A DNA stretch of 64,000 nucleotides, taken from positions 576,001-640,000 of the forward strand of contig OY970368.1 in assembly GCA_963718615.1 (NCBI GenBank), given 5' to 3'. The position numbers were made by a program, and so were the translations under genes. Positions 18,401 through 29,000 of the stretch are shown here, one piece after another; the stretch's first letter is position 1, and each line of letters opens with the position of its first letter. Below the pieces are notes generated by a model, which saw only the letters and a list, made by a program, of their open reading frames with translations, was not told the DNA's origin and did no database searches. This stretch comes from an uncultured cyanobacterium (GTDB lineage Bacteria > Cyanobacteriota > Cyanobacteriia > PCC-9006 > JAAUQQ01).

Positions 18401-20141
18401 GGGCATCCTGGAGGGCGCGATCGGCCACCTTCAGCATCAGGAGCTGTTGGGGATGCAACTTGTGGACTTCGTTGGGCGGAATCTTGTAGCGGATCGTGTC
18501 AATGTCCACCGCATCCAGATAGGCTCCCTCAGGCGCTTGGCCATCCTCAAACCCGTAGGCTTTGAGCAAGTCCTGGCAATTCTCCACCCCTTTCCAGCGT
18601 TTTTCTGGCAGCGGACGAAATTGCTGGGTGCCTTCGTAAAGACTGCGCTCAAAGGCATCGAGATTGTCCAGTTGACCAAAACAGGCATCCATTCCGACAA
18701 TCGCCAAGGGAATCGGCACCGTGGGCGGTGCTTCCACGGAAGCCGCAATCAGCACCTCCGCCGCCTTAGCTGCCGGATCGACTTCCTCCACAATCACATG
18801 GGCATTGGTGCCCCCAAACCCAAAGGCATTCAGGGCAGCCCGTTTGGGATGCGGGGTCTGGGGCCAGGGGGTCGGCTGGGTGACGATATTCTCCGCCGTA
18901 ATCACACGATTGACCGACTGCTGGGGCGTTTGCAGGTTAATCGTTGGCGGAATCAGACTATTCTTCATCCCCAGAATAATCTTGAGCAAACTCACCATCC
19001 CCGCCGCCGTTAGTAGGTGGCCCGTATTGGCCTTCACCGCACCGACTAGGGGTTTCGCCTGATAGCGACCAAAGAATTCATCAATGGAATTCAGCTCCGT
19101 TGTATCTCCCAGGAGCGTCCCTGTGGCGTGGCATTCCAAATAATCAATCTCGTGGGGTGTAATCCCGGCTTCTGCGTAGGCCCGCTCAAAGGCGAGGATC
19201 TGGCCCTTTTGGTTCGGGCTGAGCAGATGCTTGCCGCGACCGTCGTTAGAAAGGCCAATGCCAGAAACAATGGCGTGGATGCGATCGCCATCCCGCACGG
19301 CATCGCTATAGCGCTTTAGGACCACCATCCCCACCCCATCTGCCGGAGTCAGCCCCCGCGATTGCTGGTCAAAGGGACAGCTCACCCCATTGTCTGGATA
19401 GGCTTGCAGCCCCGAAAACAGCATGCGGATAAACAGCGAATCGGAAAAACTAGCGGCACCGGCCAGCATCAGGTCCGCTTGGCCCGAATGGAGGTAGTGA
19501 CTGGCGAGGGCGATCGCATACAAAGAAGAAGAACAGGCCGCATCTAGCGCAAAATTCGCACTCCCTAAGGACAGCGCCTGGGCCACAATCTGCGCCGGTA
19601 AACTCGCCATTCTGGCATTTAGCGGATCTACACCCCCCTGACTCAGGGGCTTGAGCCGCAGTTCTGGGTCCTGGAGTAATTCCTGCATCGCAGGTTCTAC
19701 CGCCTGCTGATACAGGGGCGCAAACAGTCGATTGGAATATTGGGTCGGTAGCGACAGATTGCCGAGAATCACCCCCGATTTGCGTCGCAATTCGCCATTT
19801 TGCCAAGTCTCGCTATTCCAGTAGCCGCTGTCCTGGAGCGCTTGACGGGCCACATAGAGAGCGCTTTGGGCGATCGGATCCAAACCGGCAACCTGTTCTG
19901 AACTCAGGTCATAGCCCGCCGGGTCAAACTGAAAATCTCGAATAAACCCACCTTTCAAAGAATAGGTTTGGTCGGGATTGTCCTTATCCGTACCGTGAAA
20001 AATCGCTGGGTCAACCCCAAAGTCCTTAACGGTGGCTTGATCCGTGGAATCCTTGCCCAAGGCCAGATTTTGCCAAAACTGATCCGGATGATCGGCATCG
20101 GGAAACAAACAGCCAAGCCCAACAATTGCAATCTTTTCCAT
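15459..20141 (-). CDS. fused HglD-HglC (PfaBC-like): KS - chain length factor - AT
   Basis: KS DAACSSS/ECHATGT/GHLLTAAG; second KS-like domain lacks Cys (SAGEDS); AT GYSLG; no FabA-type DH recognised. Confidence 0.9.
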   Translation of the reverse strand: MEKIAIVGLGCLFPDADHPDQFWQNLALGKDSTDQATVKDFGVDPAIFHGTDKDNPDQTYSLKGGFIRDFQFDPAGYDLSSEQVAGLDPIAQSALYVARQALQDSGYWNSETWQNGELRRKSGVILGNLSLPTQYSNRLFAPLYQQAVEPAMQELLQDPELRLKPLSQGGVDPLNARMASLPAQIVAQALSLGSANFALDAACSSSLYAIALASHYLHSGQADLMLAGAASFSDSLFIRMLFSGLQAYPDNGVSCPFDQQSRGLTPADGVGMVVLKRYSDAVRDGDRIHAIVSGIGLSNDGRGKHLLSPNQKGQILAFERAYAEAGITPHEIDYLECHATGTLLGDTTELNSIDEFFGRYQAKPLVGAVKANTGHLLTAAGMVSLLKIILGMKNSLIPPTINLQTPQQSVNRVITAENIVTQPTPWPQTPHPKRAALNAFGFGGTNAHVIVEEVDPAAKAAEVLIAASVEAPPTVPIPLAIVGMDACFGQLDNLDAFERSLYEGTQQFRPLPEKRWKGVENCQDLLKAYGFEDGQAPEGAYLDAVDIDTIRYKIPPNEVHKLHPQQLLMLKVADRALQDAQIQEGQAVAVIIAMETELSIHQLQQRWNFAWQVKDGLAEQRAEMPETQRLELEAILKDSIHGPAQTSEYVGYIGNIMPSRISALWDFNAPSFTLSAGEDSTVKALEVAQNLLAHGHADAVVVGAVDLAGGFEQVLLRNREAQVNRGVPTLSYDQKATGSMVGEGAGAVVLKRLEAAQQTQDRIYAVVDAMEFGWAKDLAQTCTLAHGRVGISAAEIGYLEVCGSGMPERDRLECQGITQAYRGDDLTCALGSVTANIGYTGVAATMASLIKTALCLYHRYLPALPKWSAPQEAERWVGTPFYVPQESRGWLVATGGKRRAAVSHLGIGGTVAHLILSEDLAQVHRSSRYLEQTPFYLFPLAASDRPSLEAKLSALLAQLETQPETGESLSALAKATFQAYQQETHLPYALTLVGNKPKSLRRETGKALETLAKAFETGEDWQTPGGSFFTARPQGAQGKVAFVYPGAFSAYVGQARDRFRLFPEIFNDPMLSNLGDRLVGIDRAIYPRSLNALTRRQLEDLDNRLLADPLAMFEAEIGCAGFTTSILQNYFKLQPDMALGYSLGETSMMLSQGVFANSEFGQGSHSLAQSPLFGDRLSGPKNAVREHWGLPTVTAADGQDLWSNFVLVAPVEDVRTVVATVERAYLTQINTPNEVVIAGHPDACKQVIEKLGCNAFRAPFNHVIHCPAMASEYDELVKLNGLAVHNRPPVKFYSAAAYQPIAVESQEIGRSIATNLCNPLDFPRLVNQIYDDGARIFVEVGAGGTCSRWISETLKDKPHLTTLLNRRGMDDHSSIVRALARLVSHRVPVDLTPLYGTDAPQPQKRTTMVKTIPLGGPAIQQTILSDQNRQKFKDVQIKRQAAPVQPPEPVKPPEPVKPPEPVKLPEFVNPMAGAIASPPVPAPPVPALPTPQPPNPPTPALVESQTAMSQAHAAFLKNRQAGLHSLRDLIELHLTQARETLQDDPETAEDSEAQPTSSRT
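15650..15678 (+). repeat. (TTGGGGGG)x3 octamer repeat inside the hglDC Pro-rich tail
   Basis: Read directly: ttggggggttggggggttggggggttggg. Confidence 0.9.
15745..15806 (-). repeat. 18-bp tandem repeat x3 encoding PPEPVK
   Basis: tcaggcggtttcacgggc units. Confidence 0.9.
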
Positions 20142-20211
20142 CGCCGTTTTCCCTCTTAAAATTCATCTCAAACACGGTCTGCTCACATGCGATTCTGCGG
20201 GGAAGATCTCC

Positions 20212-21939
20212 CTAGGCCACCTGAGAATTGAGGGGAAAAATCGTCGCTTCTGCCCCTTGAACCAAACTGTAAATCGTGCCGTCTTCGTCATGAACAGTAA
20301 TGTCAATGACCAACCGGGTTTCCGTTTTCGAGACCAGTTTGGTCGTGGTGTAGAACGGTTTGTCGTAGGGGGCGCTGGAAAAGTTTTCAAACCGAACAAT
20401 TTTGGCGGGCAAGCAAACGGAATTGTAAAAATGCCGCAGCCAAATCCAAACGGAATGGGTTTGAATATCGGAAATATAGGGATTAATCGTTTGAGCCGGA
20501 AACTGGCCTTGACCCCGAGGGCCAATGTCATGGGCAAAATACTCCGCCGTCACCTGCTGCTCATCGATATTGAGAATGCGCTGAAGCCCCTGGAAGCCGG
20601 AACCATGGAACAGGGGATTGGGCTCGACGGTATAAAAATCCTGACCCGTCATCGTAATGACATGGTCCGGCGTTAGGTTAAACTGCTCCAACTTGGGTGC
20701 CGCAGGAATCTCCCGCACCAGGGTAAAGCGATTGCTGAAGTGATAGCGGGGCTTGCCGTTGGGTCCCAGGCTCCAGACTTTGCCTTCCAAAACAATCTTT
20801 TCTTCGCTCTTGACCCTTTCCTGCAGGTCTAGCACATATTCATCCGCTAGATTTTCGTCAAAGACCACGCCCTTCAGGACCTTGACCTCCTCGCAAACAA
20901 AGCATTTGTAGCCGGGATAGAGCTGTTCGCCTGCATTGGCTAGCCAGGAAATCGAACAGGTAAAGGGCAAAACCGGCGTCCCAGAAATGACGTGATCCAG
21001 GAGAAAGGGATTCTCTTCCAGGCTCAGTCGTCGCCGTAGACGATGGGTCTTCAGCTCATCCGTGACCAGCGCCAACGGCGGATGAATCGGTCCACCTACA
21101 ACCACCTGGGCCACGCCATGATGACGGGGGTTGAGCTCGTTGACAAGCATATCCGTCGCTTCATCCACCGGCAGAATATCGATTTTGCGCAAGGCAAAGG
21201 CTTTTTTCAGCTCGGGCGTCACCATACCACTGTCCCAGGGACCCCAGTTGATCGCCACCACATGGCAGGTGGGATGCTGCTGCTTGATCAGCCAAGCGGC
21301 TTTGTTGAGGATTTCGTTGGAGAGGGTATAGTCCGACTGACCGGCGTTGCCATAAAACCCCGCCACGGATGAAAACAACACAAGATATTGGAGTTGACTG
21401 GGGGGAACGAGGGTGAGCAAATTCTCCAGTCCTTTAATTTTGGGACCGTAGACCCGCTCAAAATCCTGTTCGGTTTTCTTTTCGATCAGCTTATCGGCAA
21501 GGTTTCCCGCGCCATGGATAATGCCGTTGATCGGCCCAAATCGAGCCACCACGGGCGCTAGCTGGGTTTGGAGTACCGCCAAATCCGTCACATCGGCACT
21601 GAGATAAACCGCTTCGTTCCCTAGGGACGCCAGGGTGTCGAGGGTGTGTTTAATTTCGCGGTTGGAGAGGAGCGATCGATAAACCTGATTAATCGCCATG
21701 GGCGTGGGCTTTTCGCCGCGAGCGATAAAGTCCTGCATGATCCGCTGCTTGAGCTCGGGTTCCTCGGTGCAGCCTGCGGCCCAGACCGGTTCGGTTTCTG
21801 CGAGGTGCGATCGCCCCAACAAAATCCACTTACACTGCGCCGAACGCGCCACTTTCATCACACATTCAGCGGTGACCCCGCGAGCACCGCCACTCACCAG
21901 AAATACGGTAGAGGCAGGGACTTGAGCTGTAGTTACCAT
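20212..21939 (-). CDS. hglG: HglG-like ketoreductase + PKS-type dehydratase
   Basis: GGARGVT, HGAGNLADK, GQSDY, NWGPWDSGMV; DH motif HVISGTPVLP. Confidence 0.88.
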   Translation of the reverse strand: MVTTAQVPASTVFLVSGGARGVTAECVMKVARSAQCKWILLGRSHLAETEPVWAAGCTEEPELKQRIMQDFIARGEKPTPMAINQVYRSLLSNREIKHTLDTLASLGNEAVYLSADVTDLAVLQTQLAPVVARFGPINGIIHGAGNLADKLIEKKTEQDFERVYGPKIKGLENLLTLVPPSQLQYLVLFSSVAGFYGNAGQSDYTLSNEILNKAAWLIKQQHPTCHVVAINWGPWDSGMVTPELKKAFALRKIDILPVDEATDMLVNELNPRHHGVAQVVVGGPIHPPLALVTDELKTHRLRRRLSLEENPFLLDHVISGTPVLPFTCSISWLANAGEQLYPGYKCFVCEEVKVLKGVVFDENLADEYVLDLQERVKSEEKIVLEGKVWSLGPNGKPRYHFSNRFTLVREIPAAPKLEQFNLTPDHVITMTGQDFYTVEPNPLFHGSGFQGLQRILNIDEQQVTAEYFAHDIGPRGQGQFPAQTINPYISDIQTHSVWIWLRHFYNSVCLPAKIVRFENFSSAPYDKPFYTTTKLVSKTETRLVIDITVHDEDGTIYSLVQGAEATIFPLNSQVA

Positions 21940-22002
21940 AGAAATTTAATTAGATTTAATGAGGCAGAGACGGGTAAAAGGTTTCGATAGGAATTTAGGG
22001 TT

Positions 22003-22773
22003 TCACTGGGCGAGGAAACCGCCATCCACCGCGAGGGTATGTCCGACCACGAAGGAAGACGCGTCGGAACACAGCCAGATCACCGCATTGGCAATTTCCG
22101 CCTGGGTTCCCAAACGCCCTGCGGGTACAAAGGCTTGGAGCCAGGTGTCAAACTGGGAGGTATGTCCGCCCAGATTATTCTCAATCATAGGGGTCTGAAC
22201 ATAGCCCGGACAGATGGCATTAATCCGGATCCCGGTCCTAGCATATTCGGCGGCAGCGGCTCTTGTCAGGCCAATGACGCCATGTTTACTGGTGACGTAG
22301 GCCATGTAGCCTTTCATGCCACTACTTAGACCATGCACGGAGGACATATTGACGATCGCCCCGCCCCCCTGCTCCCGCATAAACGGAATCGCATATTTCA
22401 TGCAGAGCCAAACCCCCTTGAGGTTGATGCCCATGACGCGGTCCCAGTTTTCTTCCGTGCAGGCGGAGGTGGAGGCGCGATCGCCTTCAATCCCAGCGTT
22501 ATTAAACAAACAATCGACAGCACCGAAAACTTCAACGGTCTTGCGGACCATGGCTCGGACTTCGGCGGCCTGGGAGACATCCGTTTGGATAAATAGCGCT
22601 TCGCCGCCCATCTGATGAATCTGATGGACCGTCTTCTCGCCGCCTTCCACAGCCACATCGGAAACCACAACCTTGGCACCCGCTTCGGCAAAGGCAAAGG
22701 CCGAGGCTTGGCCAATGCCTGAGCTACCACCCGTAACTAGGGCAACTTTTCCGTCAAGACGGGGGGTGATCAC
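22003..22773 (-). CDS. classical SDR oxidoreductase (glucose-1-dehydrogenase/FabG-like)
   Basis: TGGSSGIG, NNAG, YVTSK, INAICPG, VDGG; GTG start with AGGAG RBS. Confidence 0.9.
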   Translation of the reverse strand: MITPRLDGKVALVTGGSSGIGQASAFAFAEAGAKVVVSDVAVEGGEKTVHQIHQMGGEALFIQTDVSQAAEVRAMVRKTVEVFGAVDCLFNNAGIEGDRASTSACTEENWDRVMGINLKGVWLCMKYAIPFMREQGGGAIVNMSSVHGLSSGMKGYMAYVTSKHGVIGLTRAAAAEYARTGIRINAICPGYVQTPMIENNLGGHTSQFDTWLQAFVPAGRLGTQAEIANAVIWLCSDASSFVVGHTLAVDGGFLAQ

Positions 22774-22878
22774 GATACTGTATTCTCCTTTCCTAACTTC
22801 ATAGCTTGATCACTTGAATCATTCTGCTCACTTGATGACGCAGAATCGGGCCTTGGGAAAGACCCGATTGTCTTTATT

Positions 22879-22938
22879 TTTGCCTTTGTCTTTGCCTTTG
22901 TCTTTGCCTTTGTCTTTGCCTTTGTCTTTGCCTTTGTC
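22879..22938 (+). repeat. 12-bp tandem repeat (TTTGCCTTTGTC)x5, intergenic
   Basis: Five exact units read directly. Confidence 0.95.
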
Positions 22939-23012
22939 TTGGGTTTTCCCCATTCTGCTCTCAGATTGTAACCTGAGGCTCTGGGGAGAACTGAGGACCT
23001 AGACTCAACCGA

Positions 23013-26000
23013 CTAGGCTGCGACGAGGGTAACTCGCCCCTGTTGGCCATAGGCGGCTTCTGGCAACAAGCCATCGGAATCGTGGAGTTCCGCCAGGATG
23101 CAGGCAACGGACTGCTCCGGGGTCAACGCCGGGTTAAGGTCCACCGCTCGGCAGAAGACCGAGCGCCACTCATAGTTGAGAGTTTTGGTGAGTCCCATCA
23201 AGCCTGCGGCAATCGGGCTGTACGGGTCCTGTTGGCTTAGACCGAAGGCCCCATCCAGCCGAGCAACGCTGAGGAAGACGCTGCGACCCAGGGTGGCTGC
23301 TTGGTTCAGCGGCGCTTTGAGATGCTTGGCCAAGAAGAAGACCTGTTTCACCAAACTGGATTCTGCCTCCGAAAAGCTGAGCCCTTGGCCCGCCTGGACA
23401 AAGCCAGTGGGATGAAGGTGGAGGAACGCCGCAATCGACCCTTCTTGGGTGGCGATCGCCTCCAGTTGCTGACCAAGCGCCACATCACCAAGCTGCTCTA
23501 GAACCACCCGCTTAACGCCCTGGGGCAAGGGTGCTTGCTGGGGAACCAACCCAGCCGGGAAGCTTAGAACCACGACCTTCCAATTCCGCTGGGTTAATTG
23601 CTGAGCCAGTTGGGTCGTGGTGGCCGAACCATCGTCGGTCAGGAGGCAAATGTGGCCGGAGGGCAATTCAAAGTCCAGCCAATCGGCAGGGGGCAAGTAT
23701 TGCAGCTGGGCCGGATGCCGAGGCAGGGGCAGGGGGTCAAGAGCGACGGCAGCTTCTAGGGCTGCGATATCCCAAGTGGTGACCCCTCCTTGGATCCCCT
23801 CGTTAAGCGTAGGACTGGACTGCTTTTTTTTTTCGGCACCGGTTTGCAGCCGAGCCTGCATATAGTCCGCCACTTGGCCCAGGGTCCGCAGCTCAATTTC
23901 AGCTAGCTCTTCCAGATTTGGCTGGGGCAGCTCCGGAAAGGCCTCTTGGAGTGCTCCGAGAATTTCAACCCGCTTGATGGAGTCAATCCCCAAATCCGCT
24001 TCCATGTCCATGTCCAGCTCTAGCATCTCAGCGGGATAGCCAGTTTTGTCACTGACGACCGCTAGGAGTTGGGTCTGCATTTCGCCGGGGGCGATCGCGA
24101 CCACCGGTTCGCTAGGGACGGCTAGAGGAGCGATCGCCTCGCCTGCATTCACTAGACCTGAATTTACTAGACCTGAAGCCACCTGGCCTTTCGCTAACTG
24201 GGACTGCATATAGTCCGCCACTTGGCCCAGGGTCCGCAGCTCAATTTCAGCTAGCTCTTCCAAATTCGGCTGGGGCAATGCAGGGAAAGCCTCCTGGAGC
24301 GCACCAAGGATTTCAACCCGCTTGATGGAGTCAATCCCCAGATCCGCTTCCATGTCCATGTCCAGCTCTAGCATCTCGGCGGGATAGCCAGTTTTGTCGC
24401 TGACGACCTCCAGGAGTTGGGTCTGCATCTCAACCGAGCTCACGCTGGCCGGGGCCGTTGCGGGAACCGGGGCGACTGCTGGGATGACTGCTGGGATACC
24501 TGCCGGAGCCACTACCGGGGGGTCTAAAAGGGCCACGGTGGTGCTTGCTTGGGCCGTTGCCAAGGCCGGGGCCGCGACGGGTGCTATGGGTCTAGGCACC
24601 GGGGCAGAAACAGGAGTTGCGATGGACTGACTGGGCACGCCCAAAGACATAGCAGGGGTCGCCATCGGTGCCGGTGCCGTCCCAGACGCTGTCCCAGGCG
24701 CTGTCGGGAGAACCACTGCCGGGGTCACAGGCGCAGACCCGTTCCCCTTGCCCTTAGCCAACTGAGCTTGCATATAGTCCGCCACTTGGCCCAGGGTCCG
24801 CAGCTCAATTTCAGCCAGCTCTTCCAAATTCGGCTGAGGCAGTTCCGGAAAGGCTTCTTGGAGTGCTCCGAGAATTTCAACCCGCTTGATGGAGTCAATC
24901 CCCAGGTCTGCCTCCATGTCCATGTCTAGCTCCAGCATCTCGGCGGGATAGCCTGTCTTGTCGCTCACAACTTCGAGGAGCTTTTCCTGCATGACACCGC
25001 TGGCAACCGTTGGGGCGATCGCGGCTGTAGTCGCGACAGGCGAAGTTGCTACGGGCGAGGTCACCGCCATCGGGGTCGCAGCAACTGGAGTTACCGCAAT
25101 CGGAGCTGTCATCATTGGAGCTGCTATGGGAGCCGCAGCCAGTGCTTCACCCTTGAGCTTAGACTGCATATAGTCCGCCACTTGGCCCAGGGTCCGCAGT
25201 TCAATTTCAGCCAACTCTTCCAAATTCGGCTGGGGCAGTTCCGGAAAGGCGTCTTGGAGCGCTCCGAGAATCTCAACTCGCTTGATGGAGTCAATCCCCA
25301 GATCCGCTTCCATATCCATGTCCAGTTCCAACATTTCTACGGGATAGCCCGTTTTGTCGCTCACAACCTCAAGCAGCTTGGGGGCAAGGGCCAAAGCATT
25401 CGACCTTGAAGCAGGAGCCGGAGCGGGAACCGGAATGGGCTCTGGTTGGACAACCGGCTGGACAACTGGCTGGATAACCTTAGCAACCGGGACTTCCGGC
25501 ACAGGGGCAGCCTTGACCACTGGGTCGGCGGCAACCGCTACTGGCGGAGGGGTAACGGGGGCCACTGGAGCCGCTGGCTGTACGGGCTGTACGGGCTGGA
25601 CAGTGGTCGCTGATTGAACCGTTCCTCCACAGACCTGCTGGCCTAGGCCGCAAAGTTGCTTTGAGAACTCCATCTGCTGGAGTAAATACTGCTCATGGAC
25701 CCGCAAAGTTTCCTGCTGATAGCCATGGAACGCCGCTAAGTTGCGATCCGTGCTGGCCACTAAATCCGCCTGCTGGCCTGCTGCTTCCGTCAGCAAACGC
25801 TGTTGCTGTTGTGCAATTTGCCCAAAGGTCTGGGTGTATTCCCGATGGCCATCGAGATATTGCTCATGCACCTTCAAAATTTGATTTTGGTGCTGAGTGA
25901 ACTGAACCAGCAGATTTTCCAGACTCGTGAGGGCCGGATGCGGAGATTGGGCAGAATTTTGCATAACGGTTATCGGGGCGACATCAGTTTGAGCGGGGGG

Positions 26001-29000
26001 AGGCAGGGTGGCCTTTTGAGTCTGTCCAACAGAGGGTTGACCATTGATCTGGCCAATCGAAAGATTTTGCGCAGCGTGGCCGTTGGTTTTACCATTGACC
26101 ATCTTGCCGTTACCGCTGCCATTGCCATTGGCCTTGCCGTTGCCGTTGCCATTGGTCTTGCCATTGCCGTTGCCATTGCCATTGGTCTTGCCGTTGCCAT
26201 TCAGTGACCCATGACTGGATACACCAGGGCTAGATGCACCATGACTTGCACCCGGCTCAAGCGTGACCGGCGGTTCAGCCAAGAATCCATGCTTTTGGGC
26301 CACAGGCGACACCCCTGGACTCGCGATCGCCCCAGACTCAACGGCTGAACCAACCGCTGAAACGATAGTGGGAACAGACGACGAAACCGCAATCTTAACT
26401 TGGTGACCATCCTGAAGCGCCGCTTCAAAGGCATTCTGGGTTTTCTCGCTGACGTAGCTTGCCCCACTAATTTTCACCATTAGCTTCTTCGCCCGTTCAT
26501 CGGGCTCAGCCGGGACTGCAATGGGCAACTGATAGGGGTCAATATCTGCCAGCGATAACCCTGCCACTCGCAATTGCATCGCCGCTTCGCGTAATTGCAG
26601 ATCGCTGTCCTTATGGCGGCTGGCATTGGTTGCGATCGCCAAGTGGGGGCGATCGCCCAAGATTTCCTTCACCAAATTGGTCAGCGTATTCTTCGGACCA
26701 AATTCAACAAAACAAACGCCTCCGGCAGCATAGATGTTCTCAATTTGTTGTTTGAACTGAACCTGGCTCACCATATGTCGCTGGAGGAGCGTTTTCATCG
26801 CGCCAACCTCAGCGGGGTAGACCTGTCCGGTGACATTGGTATAAATCGGCGTGGTGGGTGTACCCAAGGCGACTTGATCGACAGCTTGACTAAAGGGCAC
26901 CTGGGCATGGGCCACTAGCGGGGTATGGAACGCCGCAGACACCCGCAGGGGAATCGGCTCAAACCCTCGGGCTTCGAGGGTGGTTTTGGCGGCGGCGATC
27001 GCCGCCGTTGATCCCGCCAGCACCACCTGCTGTCCAGAGTTAAAGTTGGCGATCGCCACCCCCTCCAGGGCATTGACAATCGACTCAATCACCGCCGCAT
27101 CGCCCTTGACCGCCAGCATCGTCCCGGCATCAAAATCCCGACCCGCCGGAGCCGCCATCGCCTGACCCCGTGCCTTGACCAAGAAGGCATAATCTTGATC
27201 CGTCAGCACACCGGCGGCCCACAGGGCCGTGAGTTCGCCAAAACTATGACCTGCCGTAAAGTTGGGCGCAAATCCCGCTTTCTGGAAAATCCGATAAAGC
27301 CCCGTGCTAAACGCACCAATGGCAGGCTGGGCATATTCGGTTCGCTGAAGCTTGCGCTTTTGCGCTTCTGCCGACGCGTCGTCAAAAACAGAGCGAGGAT
27401 AGACCACCTCAGAAATGGCGTCCAACCCATCAGCCCGTAGCAACTGATCAAACGGCTCATAGGCTTGCCGAGCTTCTGGGAAGTTCACCGCAAGGCTTTG
27501 TCCCATGTCGAGGTACTGCGCCCCTTGGCCCGCAAACAAGGCTACGACTTTGCCCTGGAGCGCTAAACCGGACTGACGGTAATAAATGCCCTGGGGATGT
27601 TCCCAAGCCTCCCGCTTTTGTTGATTCAGCAGATTGATGGCGACCTTGAGCTTGGCACAGGCATCTGCGCGGGAGCTAGCCACAAAACCCAATCGGGCTT
27701 CCGTCATGGGAATCACTTGGGTTTTGCAGGATTCTGCCAGGTCGGCATAGGCGCGATCGCCCCCCGCTTCAGCCTGCAAGGCCGAGAGCACCGCCTGACA
27801 CCGCTGCGTCAATGCCGCCGTATCAGCCGCCGCAAAGAGCAGCGATTGCGGCACCGAATGAATCCGATACGGAGCGGAATGTTCCGATTGATACTCTTCT
27901 AGGACGATGTGGAAATTAGTTCCACCAAATCCGAACGAACTGACCCCAGAACGACGTGGAATTTGCGCTTCTCGACGCATCCAGGGCCGCAATTTGGTGT
28001 TGAGGTAAAACGGAGAATCTTCAATGCCTAGCTTGGGGCTGGGCTGATTGATATTGATCGTGGGGGGAATCACCTTGTGATGCAGTGCCAACGCAGCCTT
28101 AATCAAGCTGGCTGCCCCCGCAGCGGTTTTGGTGTGACCAATTTGAGCCTTGACGCTCCCTAGGGCGATCGACTGCTTTTCGGCCTGGGTTTCTGCGAAG
28201 ACCACTTTCATGCCTTCAAACTCTGCCGGATCCCCAGCCATTGTGCCTGTACCGTGGGCTTCCACCAATCCCACCGTTGCGGGATCAATGTTGGCATCGG
28301 CATAGGCGCGACGCAGGGCCTTGACTTGGCCTTCTGGACGGGGGGCATAGATACTCTTGAAGCGGCCATCGCTGGAGGTCCCGAGACCCCGAATGACGGC
28401 GTAGATGCGATCGCCATCGCGCTCCGCATCCTCCAACCGCTTGAGCACCACCATGCCGACCCCTTCGCCCAGCATGATGCCATCGGATTCCGCATCAAAG
28501 GGACGAGATTCTTGTTTACGAGACAGGGCAGGCGTTTTGCTAAAGCAGAGATAGGTAAAGGCAGAGTTGTCCGGGTCTACCCCCCCCGTCAGCATCATGT
28601 CAGCACGATGCTCGACCAACTCACTAATGGCCATCTTCAGCGCCGCCAAAGAACTCGCACAGGCTGCATCCAACGTGCAGTTCAACCCCCCAAAGTCAAA
28701 ACGATTGGCAATTCTCCCGGAAATCACATTCGAGAGCATGCCAGGGAAGGAATTCTCTTGCCAACTGGGATAGGCCAGCTTGAGTTTCTCGATCAGCTTT
28801 TGCGTATCTTCATCGGACAGGCCGCTGCTCTTCAGCACCCGCTCCCAAATGGGATACTGCAAACGCCCCCACAACGGCCCACTCAACTGCCGCCCCACGG
28901 CCCCGAGCACGACCCCTGTCTTCTCATAATCCACATCAAGCTGAGCAGGGCCATAGCCCGAATCTTCCATCGCTTGACGGGCCACCGCTAGGGCCAAAAG

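Noticed and set aside
22879-22938. CRISPR array
   Set aside because: 12-bp units are contiguous with no spacers and no cas genes are present
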